DNA of 64,000 nucleotides from a virus (IMGVR_UViG_2974592485_000001:42186-106185), one strand, 5' to 3'; counted from the stretch's first letter, positions 7,319 through 17,127 are shown. Notes: a model not told the origin generated them from the sequence alone. Numbers and translations are program-made.

Positions 7319-7908
7319 TAATAAATCTCCCTATACTGAGCAAACTTGTTAGTGTTGGTAGCATTCTCATTGACCTTATGCATGAGAATCCTGGTTGGGG
7401 AATTTAAAGTACTGGAGGGTAAAGTTAAGTAGGTATGAGGATAGTGTGACCATCCCTTAGATTGAACTATAGAAACTAAAGCCTCAGAAATTAAGTCTAA
7501 GGAGTACAGTGTAATTAGTAAATTAGCTCCCCCTATGCATATTCCAGTATATCCTAGACCTTCTAAGTACATATCTAAGGACTTTCCTACCTGAGATACT
7601 CTAAGGTGCCTATCTAAAGCTCCTAAGCTATACTCTTCTGACTCTTTTTGGTTTCTGCCTACTAGTACCCATTTAACGGTACCTGCCGCTTCCTCTATTT
7701 TATGTAGTATGCTAGAAGGTGTGGATTCGTACCATTTTTCTGTAGTTACTAGTATAGGTTCTTTTTCTTTACTTTTGATTTTCAGTGAGAAGTTATTTAG
7801 CCCCCAATAGAATCTTTCAAGCTCTTCGGGGTATGAGCCCCACGGTAATCCATTACCATGGTTAGACCCAAATTCTCCTCGTGGTCCTTTAGCATAAACT
7901 GCGTACAT
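7318..7908 (-). CDS. dfr: Divergent dihydrofolate reductase-like protein
   Basis: GEFG..GLPW..EEL..F N-terminus and IGGA motif; between nrdB and thyA as in T5. Confidence 0.7.
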   Translation of the reverse strand: MYAVYAKGPRGEFGSNHGNGLPWGSYPEELERFYWGLNNFSLKIKSKEKEPILVTTEKWYESTPSSILHKIEEAAGTVKWVLVGRNQKESEEYSLGALDRHLRVSQVGKSLDMYLEGLGYTGICIGGANLLITLYSLDLISEALVSIVQSKGWSHYPHTYLTLPSSTLNSPTRILMHKVNENATNTNKFAQYREIY

Positions 7909-9044
7909 TATAGATCTCCAATTAAGTCTGACATGTTTTCGATCTCACTATCAGACGTGGCTTTTGTTTGTCCCATCTTATAATTGGTTATTTGCATCTC
8001 TTGTGGGGCTACTTGTTGACTAGATGGGTCTAACCACTTGTTAATCCACAAGATTGGATTTTTTTCTACTACAGGAAGATTATCCGGCCATGCAATGCCT
8101 ACCCCTGCAAATGAATTTCTAGCTATAAAGTATAAATATTCAGGTAGATTGGTAGAATTTAATCCAATTATCTTTCTACCTTCTGAGAAGATAAACTTAG
8201 CCCAGTTTATTTCCGTATCTAATACGGAGGCCATGATTTCTGGTGCTGCTGCTTCTGCCTCTGCCCACTCCTTTGGAGTTACTTGAGTTTTCAGAATATT
8301 TAGAATCTCACGGCTTGCTACTGTATGCAAGGCCTCGTCCTTAGCAATCAGTTGCAAACTTTTTGCAACTCCAGGCAGTATATCCTGCTCAGCTAGTGCA
8401 AACGTACATGCAAAGGATGCATAAAACATAATAGACTCTAGGGCATAGATAGCAAAGTATACTTTACATAATAGTACCCTAAGTTCTGCTTCTACTTCTT
8501 CCAATTCTGTATCCGGATAGTCTTTAGGGTTATCCCTAACGAATGTCCAATATAGACCCTTTTCTGCTAACTCATCTAAAATACCTATGCTATTAGCTAC
8601 CCTAGCAAATGCGTGTTCGTTCTTGTTAACGGACTCGATAAATTCTGAGGGGTCTGTAAGTACGTTCCTAATAATATTAGAATACGCTCTAGAGTGTAAG
8701 TTCTCAAAGTATGACCATTGGATTAGTAGGCCTTCTAGCTCTGGACGTGATACTAGTTGAGAAATGGCTGTTTCAGGTGCTCGTGTAATCAGAGAATCTG
8801 CAATGGTCTGCCACCCAAGGTTAAGTCTAGTAATGTCCTTAATATGTTCGGGAAGTGTAGGCCACTGGGCTTTATCCTTCTCTAAGGATATCTCATTCTC
8901 ATACCACATTTGGCTTCTTTGCTTTAGTGCAAGGTCTTCCAATACTTGGTATTTAACATTTACATAGTCAGCTACCCCTAGTTCATCCCCTAGGAATAAC
9001 TTTTCTTCATTTAAATTGTAGTCTCTATTATAAACTGTTGCCAT
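7908..9044 (-). CDS. nrdB: Ribonucleotide reductase class Ia beta subunit
   Basis: ENLHSRAY, ESIMFYASF, DEALH diiron motifs. Confidence 0.97.
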   Translation of the reverse strand: MATVYNRDYNLNEEKLFLGDELGVADYVNVKYQVLEDLALKQRSQMWYENEISLEKDKAQWPTLPEHIKDITRLNLGWQTIADSLITRAPETAISQLVSRPELEGLLIQWSYFENLHSRAYSNIIRNVLTDPSEFIESVNKNEHAFARVANSIGILDELAEKGLYWTFVRDNPKDYPDTELEEVEAELRVLLCKVYFAIYALESIMFYASFACTFALAEQDILPGVAKSLQLIAKDEALHTVASREILNILKTQVTPKEWAEAEAAAPEIMASVLDTEINWAKFIFSEGRKIIGLNSTNLPEYLYFIARNSFAGVGIAWPDNLPVVEKNPILWINKWLDPSSQQVAPQEMQITNYKMGQTKATSDSEIENMSDLIGDL

Positions 9045-9072
9045 AATACCCTCCTATTAAATTTCAATACCT

Positions 9073-9101
9073 AGTATAGCAAAAATAAAGAAGCCTAGCA
9101 A
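9073..9101 (-). promoter_or_regulatory. Sigma70 promoter for nrdB, overlapping a hairpin
   Basis: TTGCTA-N17-TATACT; the -35 lies inside the 9091-9120 hairpin. Confidence 0.6.
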
Positions 9102-9120
9102 GTGTAATTTTGCTAGGCTT
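9091..9120 (-). terminator. Hairpin/terminator after nrdA
   Basis: aagcctagcaa...ttgctaggctt with a T-rich tail on the minus strand. Confidence 0.6.
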
Positions 9121-9125
9121 TAGTG

Positions 9126-11405
9126 TTACAGTGTGCAACCACCAGATGAACAGCCTACTCCATTAGCAGACTCTGACTCAATTAAGAAGTTAGCGTAGTA
9201 TAGGTTTTTTACTCCGTACTTAGACAGTAGAATTAAATCCTTAATAACAGCAGCATTAGGAATTATTCCTCCCTCATACTGATTGAAGTCGTAGTATAGA
9301 TTAGTGCTTATAGTTTGTTGTACAAACTTTTGCAATACTGCCAACCATTTAATATGTTCCTCTCTGTCGATAGAGAAAGCATACTTATAGGATAATCCTG
9401 TATCCCAGTCTGATAGACCTGGAACTACAGTTACTACTGCACCTTGAGCACTAGACTTAATAGTCACAGGCTGTCTAGGAGGTTCTACGGAGTTTGTTAC
9501 TCCTAACAATACAGAACTAGACTCCCCAGGCATACAAGCTGTTAGTACAGAGTTTCTCATACCGTATTTTTTGATATCTTCTCTGAGAGAATTCCAGTCC
9601 TGCTCTAAGTCTACAGTTACTAGAGTATCTACAGATTTTTTATAGGTATCAATACACAGTATATTCTCGCTAGCCTGAGTTCTATCAAACCAGTCACATT
9701 TACCTAGTTCTCTAGCCAGAGATACGGAGGCCTTATACAAGAAGTACTGGGCTTTTTCCGCCTCTCTATGGATCCAGTTCCTAGCCTCTACACCTTCGAA
9801 CGCTAAGCCCTCTTTAGCCATAGCACCCGCGGCATTCATTAAGCCTATACCTACATTTCGTCTCGCTTTAGCTGTATACTCTAGGGATGGGTATGGGTAG
9901 TACTGAATATCAATTATGGAGTCTACAAACTTAAGTAGTACATAAGCAGTATGCTCCCAATTGCTGATATTTCCTAACACTAGTCCCCCAAGGTTACACA
10001 GGGATACTTCTCCAGTGGTTTCGGTCTTAAACAAGTCAGCTACTGATTCGTAGGGGGTTGTAGGCTGTAAAATCTCTTGACATAGGTTACTCATTCTAAT
10101 AGGGTCTTTGTAAGGGGAGTTCCTATTAGCCTCCATAACGTTCATGGCATATACTCTGCCTGTTTCTAGACGAATAGTTGCCCATTGATCTAGTAGTGTA
10201 GCTGCTGGGATAGATTTTACTCTGGATAGTCTTTGCCCTCTAAATCCTACTACTGTAGAATCCTGAAGTCTATTTTCCGCTTCTTCGTAAAGTCTGTCGA
10301 ACAGCTCCTCGTCACCCGAATGGAACGCTTCCCACACCTCAGGGGCATCCAGGATAGAGAACAGTGTTATATTTTTCTTTTGTAGATAACGCTTCAGAAG
10401 TAGGTTACTATACTTAAGACTGTAGTCCATCTTATCTATTTTATTCTCTTCTGGAGTTCTCTGAGACTTAACTTGCATAAGCTCTAGAATCTCAGGGTCG
10501 AAGAAATTATAATGTACAGTTGCTGAACCTCCCCTGCTCTGCTGCTGATTAGCCTTTACTGCCCTATCAATATGCTTATAATAAGGGATTTTACCAGAGT
10601 GAGAGAATGCTCCGTTTCTAACTGGATTTGCAATAGATCTGCTTTCTAAGTGATATCCAATACCTGCTCTAGCAGCAGTCATAGTATATACTACTTCCGC
10701 AGCAGCCCCTATACTCCCTAAAGTATCCCCTGCGTCAACTAAACAGCAGGAAGCAAAACCATTATCTCCTGATCGTAGACCTACCAGAGGAGGTGTAGGG
10801 ACATTTATACGGTGTAGGGATAACTCATTGTATAGATCAATGCCGTCCTTAACAGAGTACTGAGGTAGTTGGAGCATCTCTAGAACCATACCCATATACA
10901 TGAACTGAGGGGTTTCGTATGTCTGCCCTGTAATTGTGCTGCGTCTAGAGTACTTATCTAAAAACTGTTTTAATCCCCCACTAGTAAATAGGTGATCCCT
11001 AGAGTGGTCTATTACCTCATTTAAGGCTTCGAACTGTTCATCGGACACCCACTCAGATTTATCTGACCATTGCCCTAAGGTTACCATCCAGTCATGGTAG
11101 GCTCTAAGAGATGGAGGGTAGTAAGAGTCGAATAGTCTCTTTCTCATCTGAGCAATCATTAGTTCTTTAGCGGGTATATCATAGTCAGGATTTTCCTGAA
11201 TCATGTCTATAGCTGTTCTGATTAAAACTTCTGTTAGTTCATCTGAATCAACCACAGTATCGGAGATACCTTTTATGGCACGCATGACCAGATCTGACCA
11301 GTTAGCTGTAGATTCTCCTACTGCCCATTCTCCCCACTGGTTAAGTTTCTCTGGCATGAAAGCCTCTATAGTACCGTCTCTTTTAATTACTTTTTCAATT
11401 GCCAT
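9126..11405 (-). CDS. nrdA: Ribonucleotide reductase class Ia alpha subunit
   Basis: VIKRDG N-terminus, ASCC, SNLCQEI, SLCNL, C-terminal CSSGGC; GGAG RBS before ATG 11405. Confidence 0.97.
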   Translation of the reverse strand: MAIEKVIKRDGTIEAFMPEKLNQWGEWAVGESTANWSDLVMRAIKGISDTVVDSDELTEVLIRTAIDMIQENPDYDIPAKELMIAQMRKRLFDSYYPPSLRAYHDWMVTLGQWSDKSEWVSDEQFEALNEVIDHSRDHLFTSGGLKQFLDKYSRRSTITGQTYETPQFMYMGMVLEMLQLPQYSVKDGIDLYNELSLHRINVPTPPLVGLRSGDNGFASCCLVDAGDTLGSIGAAAEVVYTMTAARAGIGYHLESRSIANPVRNGAFSHSGKIPYYKHIDRAVKANQQQSRGGSATVHYNFFDPEILELMQVKSQRTPEENKIDKMDYSLKYSNLLLKRYLQKKNITLFSILDAPEVWEAFHSGDEELFDRLYEEAENRLQDSTVVGFRGQRLSRVKSIPAATLLDQWATIRLETGRVYAMNVMEANRNSPYKDPIRMSNLCQEILQPTTPYESVADLFKTETTGEVSLCNLGGLVLGNISNWEHTAYVLLKFVDSIIDIQYYPYPSLEYTAKARRNVGIGLMNAAGAMAKEGLAFEGVEARNWIHREAEKAQYFLYKASVSLARELGKCDWFDRTQASENILCIDTYKKSVDTLVTVDLEQDWNSLREDIKKYGMRNSVLTACMPGESSSVLLGVTNSVEPPRQPVTIKSSAQGAVVTVVPGLSDWDTGLSYKYAFSIDREEHIKWLAVLQKFVQQTISTNLYYDFNQYEGGIIPNAAVIKDLILLSKYGVKNLYYANFLIESESANGVGCSSGGCTL

Positions 11406-11421
11406 TTTATCTCCAAGATAA

Positions 11422-11450
11422 AAATACCCAGACACTAGGCCTGGGTATTT
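11422..11450 (-). terminator. Terminator-like hairpin just upstream of the nrdA RBS
   Basis: aaatacccag...ctgggtattt. Confidence 0.5.
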
Positions 11451-11456
11451 GAGTTG

Positions 11457-11678
11457 CTATGCTAATTCTGGTTCTGTTAAGTTAAGGTTTATTTCCATGG
11501 CTTTTCTCATTAGCTCTGATGGGGATCTATAGGAATATGCTAGCCTAGCTGCCTCCATTACACTAGACTGCAGCGATAGTCTAGTGTCCTCATCCATTCT
11601 AGCTAAAATGGAATTTGCTAACTCAAGGTTTCTATGCGTGCCTTCTTTAGCGCTACGAAATTTATACACGTTGGTCAT
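11457..11678 (-). CDS. Hypothetical protein
   Basis: Coupled to the phoH stop; same position as in T5-like phages. Confidence 0.7.
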   Translation of the reverse strand: MTNVYKFRSAKEGTHRNLELANSILARMDEDTRLSLQSSVMEAARLAYSYRSPSELMRKAMEINLNLTEPELA

Positions 11679-12436
11679 TATACCAATCCCTTATCTTTAA
11701 AGATGGAGTAGAAAGCAGAAGACTCTGGTGATCTAACATTATCTGTCAATTCAATTAGATTGAAGGGTACATATTCGTACTCGTCCCTAATGTCCATTAA
11801 CAGTTGTAGGCCTGAATTAGCCTTAATGTCTTTTTGTGCCACATCTCCGCAAATAATTAATTTACAGTCTAGACCTACACGAGTTACTAGACACATCATA
11901 GCCTCGATAGATATATTTTGAGCCTCATCTACAATAACGTACGCGTTATTAAATGTTCTACCTCTAGCATGTTCAATGGCTAGGTACTTTATGGTGCCTC
12001 TATTGACCATGTTCTTATACGCGTGTTCCCCAATAGCCCACTTTATACCGTCTGCTATAGGTTCTAGCCAAGGCTCTAGCTTTTCTGCTAGGTCTCCAGG
12101 TAGCATTCCTAGGGCTCTACCTAAAGGCTCGTTTGGCCTAACCATGATTATATGGTCATAGACTGAATTGGGTTTAGTCAACTCCTGTGCAGCTTTAACT
12201 GCTGGAATAAACGTTTTACCTGTGCCCGGTTCCCCTATTGCAACAGTTACTTTGTTGTTGTCAATAGCATTGACGTACTTTCTTTGCCCGTCATTTTTAG
12301 GCTGAAGAGCTTTCACTACAGTAAAGCCAGTATCAGAACGATCTTCATATCTTTCAGTACGGTCTACTTGGGTGCTTCTACGATTATTGGTTGAAACACG
12401 TTGAGCCCTTTCTTTTCCTCTTTTTCTTCCACCCAT
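11678..12436 (-). CDS. phoH: PhoH-like ATPase
   Basis: GEPGTGKT, LGMLPG, RGRTF, DEAQN, GDVAQKD motifs. Confidence 0.95.
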   Translation of the reverse strand: MGGRKRGKERAQRVSTNNRRSTQVDRTERYEDRSDTGFTVVKALQPKNDGQRKYVNAIDNNKVTVAIGEPGTGKTFIPAVKAAQELTKPNSVYDHIIMVRPNEPLGRALGMLPGDLAEKLEPWLEPIADGIKWAIGEHAYKNMVNRGTIKYLAIEHARGRTFNNAYVIVDEAQNISIEAMMCLVTRVGLDCKLIICGDVAQKDIKANSGLQLLMDIRDEYEYVPFNLIELTDNVRSPESSAFYSIFKDKGLV

Positions 12437-12508
12437 AAAGTCTCCTAAGGTATTACTACGAAACGCTGTGTACGTCCGCTAGTTAATAGATCTCTACTTT
12501 TCACATAT

Positions 12509-12537
12509 ATTATATCAATATCTACTCTCGATGGCAA
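12509..12537 (-). promoter_or_regulatory. Sigma70 promoter (phoH-nrd)
   Basis: TTGCCA-N17-TATAAT. Confidence 0.75.
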
Positions 12538-12729
12538 GAGAAATTTTTGGTTCGCTCAAGGAAAGTATAAATAAAGCCTAAATATTATTTGACTTACAGT
12601 GGGCAAGTGTGTTATTAGATAGTCATTTATTTATTATACGCGCGCGTACGTATATCATGTACAGGGACTCATTAGCAAATACAATTTTGTTAAATTTGTG
12701 TAACATCCGTTGTTATACAAATAATTGGA

Positions 12730-12758
12730 TTGACATACACGATAGAATAAGGTATAAT
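12730..12758 (+). promoter_or_regulatory. Consensus sigma70 promoter (nrdD)
   Basis: TTGACA-N17-TATAAT. Confidence 0.85.
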
Positions 12759-12787
12759 GTTGTATATTAATTGCTAAGGAGGACTAT

Positions 12788-14641
12788 ATGCAAAATAGGC
12801 TGCACAAAACCGCAATCAACTGCAAAGAAATACTTGAAGAGACTGCTAATGATGAGCTGCTCTTTAATAACGCTAACAAACCTTCAGAACGTTTCTCTAC
12901 TCAGAGGGATATGTTAGCAGGGGAAATAAATAAGTTTTTAGTTCTTGAGGAAATGCCTCACAACATTAAGATAGCACATGAAATCGGGGATATTCATTTT
13001 CACGATACTGATTATGCTGCTCAAGGGTATACTAACTGCTGCCTTATAAATTTGGCAGATATGCTAGAAAAAGGTACTACAGTAGGTAATGCTGCTATAG
13101 AAAGCCCTAAGTCTATTACTACTGCTGCTGCTATCACATCACAAATTATTGCTCAAGTAAGTTCCCACCAATATGGGGGGCAATCTATCGATAATATTGA
13201 TATTGTCCTAGCCCCTTACGTTAGGCGTAGTTACGATAAGCACTTAGCTTTTGCTAGACGCTGGTTGAAAAATGAGGCTAAGGCTGCTGTTATGGCTACT
13301 GATATGACTGAGAAAGAGGTGTATGATGCCTGTCAAGCTTTGGAATACGAATGTAATTCCTTATATAACTCTAATGGGCAGACTCCGTTTGTTACCTTTG
13401 GATTTGGTTTAGGGGAAAGCTGGGAAGCCAGACTAGTACAGAGAGCCATACTAGAAGTTCGCATGACTGGTCTAGGAGCAGATAAACGCACGGCCATATT
13501 TCCTAAACTAGTATTCGCTCTTAAAAAGGGCTTGAATGCTGATGCAGGGGATCCAAATTACGATATTAAGCAACTGGCCATTAAATGTACGTCTGAACGA
13601 ATCTATCCTGACTATGTATTCTATGATAAAGTGGTAGAGGTTACAGGGGATTTTAAATTCCCTATGGGATGTAGATCTTTTCTAGGCTCTGTACCTTCTG
13701 GAGAGACGTCTGGTAGAAATAACCTTGGAGTTGTCACGGTCAACCTGCCGCGTATTGCTATAGAATCAGAAGGGGATGAGTATAGATTCTTTGAAATTCT
13801 AAAGGCTAGAGTAGAGCTTGCTATCCAAGCCCTCAACTGGAGAATAAAACGTCTAGAGCATGTTCAAGCTAAGGCTGCCCCTATCCTATATATGCATGGT
13901 GCGTTTGGTCTTAGATTACCTCCTAATGAATATGTGCTAGATCACTTAAGAGATAGGGCTTCAGTGTCTCTAGGGTACATTGGCTGTAATGAAATGCTAC
14001 AATTCATGTTTGGTAAGGATATAGACCCTTTATCGGACAAAGCTATCAGTTTTGTGTCTGGGGTTCTAGGGTATATGAAGTTTAGAGCTGAAGTGGAAAA
14101 AAGAGATACAGGTTTTGGGTTCTCTCTTTATGGCACTCCTTCTGAGTCCTTATGCGATAGGTTTAACCGTCTCGATAGGGAATGGTACCCAGAGCATGAG
14201 GATATTCTAGGTAAGGGATATTATACTAATTCGCACCACTTAGACGTAGAACGTAAAGTCTCCCCAAATACAAAGATAGATTATGAGAGCAATTTTACTA
14301 TCTTAGCTACAGGGGGTTGTATCACTTATGTAGAGCTACCAGATATGAAGAAAAATCTTAAGGCTCTTGAGTGGGTTGTAGACTATGCTAGTACTAAGGT
14401 ACACTATTTCGGAGCTAATAGCCCCATAGATTCCTGCTACGAGTGTGGGTTTTTAGGTGAAACAGTAGCTACCGAGAACGGATTCTCGTGTCCTCACTGT
14501 GGTAACCATAACCCTGAGACTATTGAAGTCACTAGGAGAGTTTCCGGGTACCTAGGTAACCCAGGAGCAAGACCTTTCAATCCTGGAAAACAGCACGAGG
14601 TCATGGGAAGGGTTAAGCACTCAGATATTCGAGCTAAGTAA
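12788..14641 (+). CDS. nrdD: Anaerobic ribonucleoside-triphosphate reductase (class III, no ATP cone)
   Basis: HFHD...NCC, MGCRSFL, YYTNS, CxxC...CxxC and the RRVSGYLG glycyl-radical loop. Confidence 0.97.
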   Translation: MQNRLHKTAINCKEILEETANDELLFNNANKPSERFSTQRDMLAGEINKFLVLEEMPHNIKIAHEIGDIHFHDTDYAAQGYTNCCLINLADMLEKGTTVGNAAIESPKSITTAAAITSQIIAQVSSHQYGGQSIDNIDIVLAPYVRRSYDKHLAFARRWLKNEAKAAVMATDMTEKEVYDACQALEYECNSLYNSNGQTPFVTFGFGLGESWEARLVQRAILEVRMTGLGADKRTAIFPKLVFALKKGLNADAGDPNYDIKQLAIKCTSERIYPDYVFYDKVVEVTGDFKFPMGCRSFLGSVPSGETSGRNNLGVVTVNLPRIAIESEGDEYRFFEILKARVELAIQALNWRIKRLEHVQAKAAPILYMHGAFGLRLPPNEYVLDHLRDRASVSLGYIGCNEMLQFMFGKDIDPLSDKAISFVSGVLGYMKFRAEVEKRDTGFGFSLYGTPSESLCDRFNRLDREWYPEHEDILGKGYYTNSHHLDVERKVSPNTKIDYESNFTILATGGCITYVELPDMKKNLKALEWVVDYASTKVHYFGANSPIDSCYECGFLGETVATENGFSCPHCGNHNPETIEVTRRVSGYLGNPGARPFNPGKQHEVMGRVKHSDIRAK

Positions 14642-14647
14642 CCACAT

Positions 14648-14678
14648 AAGCCAAGTCAATTGACTTGGCTTTTATTTT
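14648..14678 (+). terminator. Rho-independent terminator
   Basis: aagccaagtca-at-tgacttggctt plus T tract. Confidence 0.8.
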
Positions 14679-14680
14679 AT

Positions 14681-14709
14681 TTGCTAAATAGGTGTAATTT
14701 TGGTATAAT
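14681..14709 (+). promoter_or_regulatory. Sigma70 promoter
   Basis: TTGCTA-N17-TATAAT. Confidence 0.8.
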
Positions 14710-14740
14710 AGCTTTATTAAATTAATAAAGGAGATTTACC

Positions 14741-15106
14741 ATGACCTTACCTAAATATTTGGTTGTACATAGTTCAGGATACTCTCTAGGGGTTGCTGAG
14801 TATAATGATGCTTTATTTGCCATTCTGGGCTGCCGTGATATTTATGCCAATCACAGCTATCCTAGTGTGGTGGCTGACTTTTTTGAAAATACTAGCAGTG
14901 AGTACTATGTTTGGAGTATGGATGGCTTTCTAGGGTGGGAAGATAAAGAAGTTACTGATACTCTAGAGCAGCAGCTTAAGTACATCGAAGAAAACTTCAA
15001 AGTATTTATACTCTGGACAGATGAAGAGGGTCATAACGGTGAGTATGAGAACATTACCAAGATGTTCTATAAATCTGCTAGGGAGCTGGTAACTGAATGT
15101 CTATAA
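14741..15106 (+). CDS. Hypothetical acidic protein
   Basis: AAGGAG RBS; follows the promoter. Confidence 0.75.
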   Translation: MTLPKYLVVHSSGYSLGVAEYNDALFAILGCRDIYANHSYPSVVADFFENTSSEYYVWSMDGFLGWEDKEVTDTLEQQLKYIEENFKVFILWTDEEGHNGEYENITKMFYKSARELVTECL

Positions 15107-15267
15107 AACGAGATATTGAAGTACTAGAGGATCAACTTCAGTTTGGTAGAAAGCTAACCATACCAGAAACCTTTATGGTAATAGAGTTTTCAGATAAGCC
15201 CCATCTACGGGTTCAAGCTTTTGAACAGTATCGAGAAGGGAGGGTTAAGAGATGCCAAGACGAGTGA
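15097..15267 (+). CDS. Small hypothetical protein (56 aa)
   Basis: MSIKRDIEVLEDQLQFGRK...; overlaps both neighbours in operon style. Confidence 0.55.
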   Translation: MSIKRDIEVLEDQLQFGRKLTIPETFMVIEFSDKPHLRVQAFEQYREGRVKRCQDE

Positions 15268-16052
15268 TATTTATCAGTGGAGCCGGTATTAGTGTGGAGA
15301 GTGGGATTAGAGCCTTCCGTGTAGATACTGATAGTGGACAAGCTATGTGGGACGAGTATTCACTAGATGAAGTCTGTGAGATTCAGGCATTTGAGAGAGG
15401 GTACTGGAACTATCAGGGGGAAAGCGATCCTGCAGGGTATGATAAAGATGGTGTGGATTTGTATACTAAAACACACCAGTTCTACGATAAGCGTCGCCAA
15501 GAACTAGAAACTGTGGAGCCTAATTTAGCACACATGCGTATTGCTGAGTGGGCCTTTCACTACCCAGGTCAGGTACTTAACATAACCACTAACGTTGATG
15601 ATTTATTTGAACGTGCGGGTATAGACAGATCTGACATTGTTCACGTTCATGGCTATCTTCCGGAGGTTAAGACCGATCGTTCGGGCACCCTATTAGATGT
15701 GGGGTACAGTCCTTCCAACTTTGAGCAGTACGACTATTGCAAACCTAACGTTGTGTTCTTTGGGGAAGTTAGTGGGTACTATAAGGATATGTATAATATT
15801 CTGGATACCTTAACGGCTCAGGATATGGTTGTAGTTGTAGGTTGTAGTAACCAAGTTATTAACTTCAATTGGGAGATATTTCCTGCAATGAATTGGGGGG
15901 TTAAAATGGCTGTGGTTAACCCTAGAATTAACTACCTAGAAGAGCAGGAGTATGCTCAACGGGGTGTTGTAGTGTATAGGGCAGGGGCTGTAGAGACCTT
16001 TAGTAATATTAACTTTATCAGTATGATTGAGAGGCATCTAAATGGTGCTTGA
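15252..16052 (+). CDS. Sir2-family NAD-dependent deacylase
   Basis: SGAGISVESGI.AFR, TTNVDDLFERAG, HVHG, KPNVVFFGE, VGCS motifs. Confidence 0.93.
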   Translation: MPRRVIFISGAGISVESGIRAFRVDTDSGQAMWDEYSLDEVCEIQAFERGYWNYQGESDPAGYDKDGVDLYTKTHQFYDKRRQELETVEPNLAHMRIAEWAFHYPGQVLNITTNVDDLFERAGIDRSDIVHVHGYLPEVKTDRSGTLLDVGYSPSNFEQYDYCKPNVVFFGEVSGYYKDMYNILDTLTAQDMVVVVGCSNQVINFNWEIFPAMNWGVKMAVVNPRINYLEEQEYAQRGVVVYRAGAVETFSNINFISMIERHLNGA

Positions 16053-16209
16053 TTTATCGCAGATTATACAGGACGCTACAGCAGCAATTATCTACTGCTT
16101 GATCCTAGTGTTTGTACTACTACCTCTCATGCTGGTGGGCAGTATTTTACTACTATGTTTCGGATCGAAAGTTAAACTTAGTGAACGGCGTAATATCCCT
16201 GGACATTGA
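16042..16209 (+). CDS. Small membrane protein (55 aa)
   Basis: GAGAGG RBS; MVLDLSQIIQDATAAIIYCLILVFVLLPLMLVGSILLLCFGSK... Confidence 0.5.
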   Translation: MVLDLSQIIQDATAAIIYCLILVFVLLPLMLVGSILLLCFGSKVKLSERRNIPGH

Positions 16210-16271
16210 TGCACTCAACTCAATATCCTATTAAATAGGTCACTACAAAACGTTAAATTATAGGAGAATGT

Positions 16272-16523
16272 ATGTTAAAGCGAATTGGTAAAGGTTTAGG
16301 TTCAATTGGATTGGGTATCTTCTTAGCCCTAATTATGGTAGGTGCAGGTTTGTGTAAGGGTATTCAACATATTTTTGTAGGAGATAAGCCCAGTAAAAAA
16401 GATTTTGGCAATTTTGCAGGGGTAACTATCCATACTACTAAAGATAGTGTAGGCAGTTGGTTCGTTCAAGTTGAGAAGGACGGTGAAAACGTCTACGAGG
16501 AAGAGGTTGCTACTAATGCCTAA
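16272..16523 (+). CDS. Hypothetical membrane-anchored protein
   Basis: AGGAG RBS; hydrophobic N-terminal helix. Confidence 0.7.
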   Translation: MLKRIGKGLGSIGLGIFLALIMVGAGLCKGIQHIFVGDKPSKKDFGNFAGVTIHTTKDSVGSWFVQVEKDGENVYEEEVATNA

Positions 16524-16914
16524 AATCTATAATGTGTGTTGGGATGCTGTCTACCCTTACCTAGTAGATGAAATGCTAGGAGTATTCGAATCAGTATTAG
16601 GCATGGCTAATCCTAGAGTCGTCCTTAACTCTTTTGGTGTTAGTGTAGGGATATCCCATGATCGAGATGGTTCTCACATATTTTCAGAGGTTATTGACTG
16701 GAATGCTCTATCAAAGATGGGGCTTATTGTTTATCTGAATAATAAGATTTTTCACCCGCAAGGGTTGGCTCTTGCTAGAGACCCTGAACTAGGCACTAGC
16801 CCTTACTTTCAGAAGGTAGACAATGATGTATGGGAGTATGATGACTATGCACTTGAAGAGGCAGAAGTTAAGCTTAAGCAGGCAGGCTTATTTCTCCCGC
16901 TAAATAGAAACTAA
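16516..16914 (+). CDS. Hypothetical protein (IDWN.LS..GL...LN..IFHP.GLAL family)
   Basis: Phage-conserved motif; probable start ATG 16516. Confidence 0.7.
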   Translation: MPKIYNVCWDAVYPYLVDEMLGVFESVLGMANPRVVLNSFGVSVGISHDRDGSHIFSEVIDWNALSKMGLIVYLNNKIFHPQGLALARDPELGTSPYFQKVDNDVWEYDDYALEEAEVKLKQAGLFLPLNRN

Positions 16915-16928
16915 GTGCCCAGACCCAT

Positions 16929-16957
16929 AGACCAAGTCAAAATGACTTGGTCTTTTT
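16929..16957 (+). terminator. Rho-independent terminator
   Basis: agaccaagtca-aaa-tgacttggtct plus T tract; same core as the hairpin at 14648. Confidence 0.8.
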
Positions 16958-16998
16958 CGTGTTTAAAGACCCTCCCAGTCCGAATATAAAAATTTTAC

Positions 16999-17027
16999 TT
17001 GCAATTTATCTCCGGAGTTGTTATAAT
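16999..17027 (+). promoter_or_regulatory. Sigma70 promoter
   Basis: TTGCAA-N17-TATAAT. Confidence 0.8.
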
Positions 17028-17127
17028 ATTTGCATCAGTTGAGAGAACTTAGACAAGTTTTTTGATTTGTCTAATTTTTCTTTGCTAATAGGGATACGGA
17101 ACAGTTCGGCTGCCCCATCGCCTTTTG

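Noticed and set aside
15252-16052. Sir2 as an anti-phage defence effector
   Set aside because: It has canonical CobB-like deacylase motifs at the usual T5 position and no partner defence genes.
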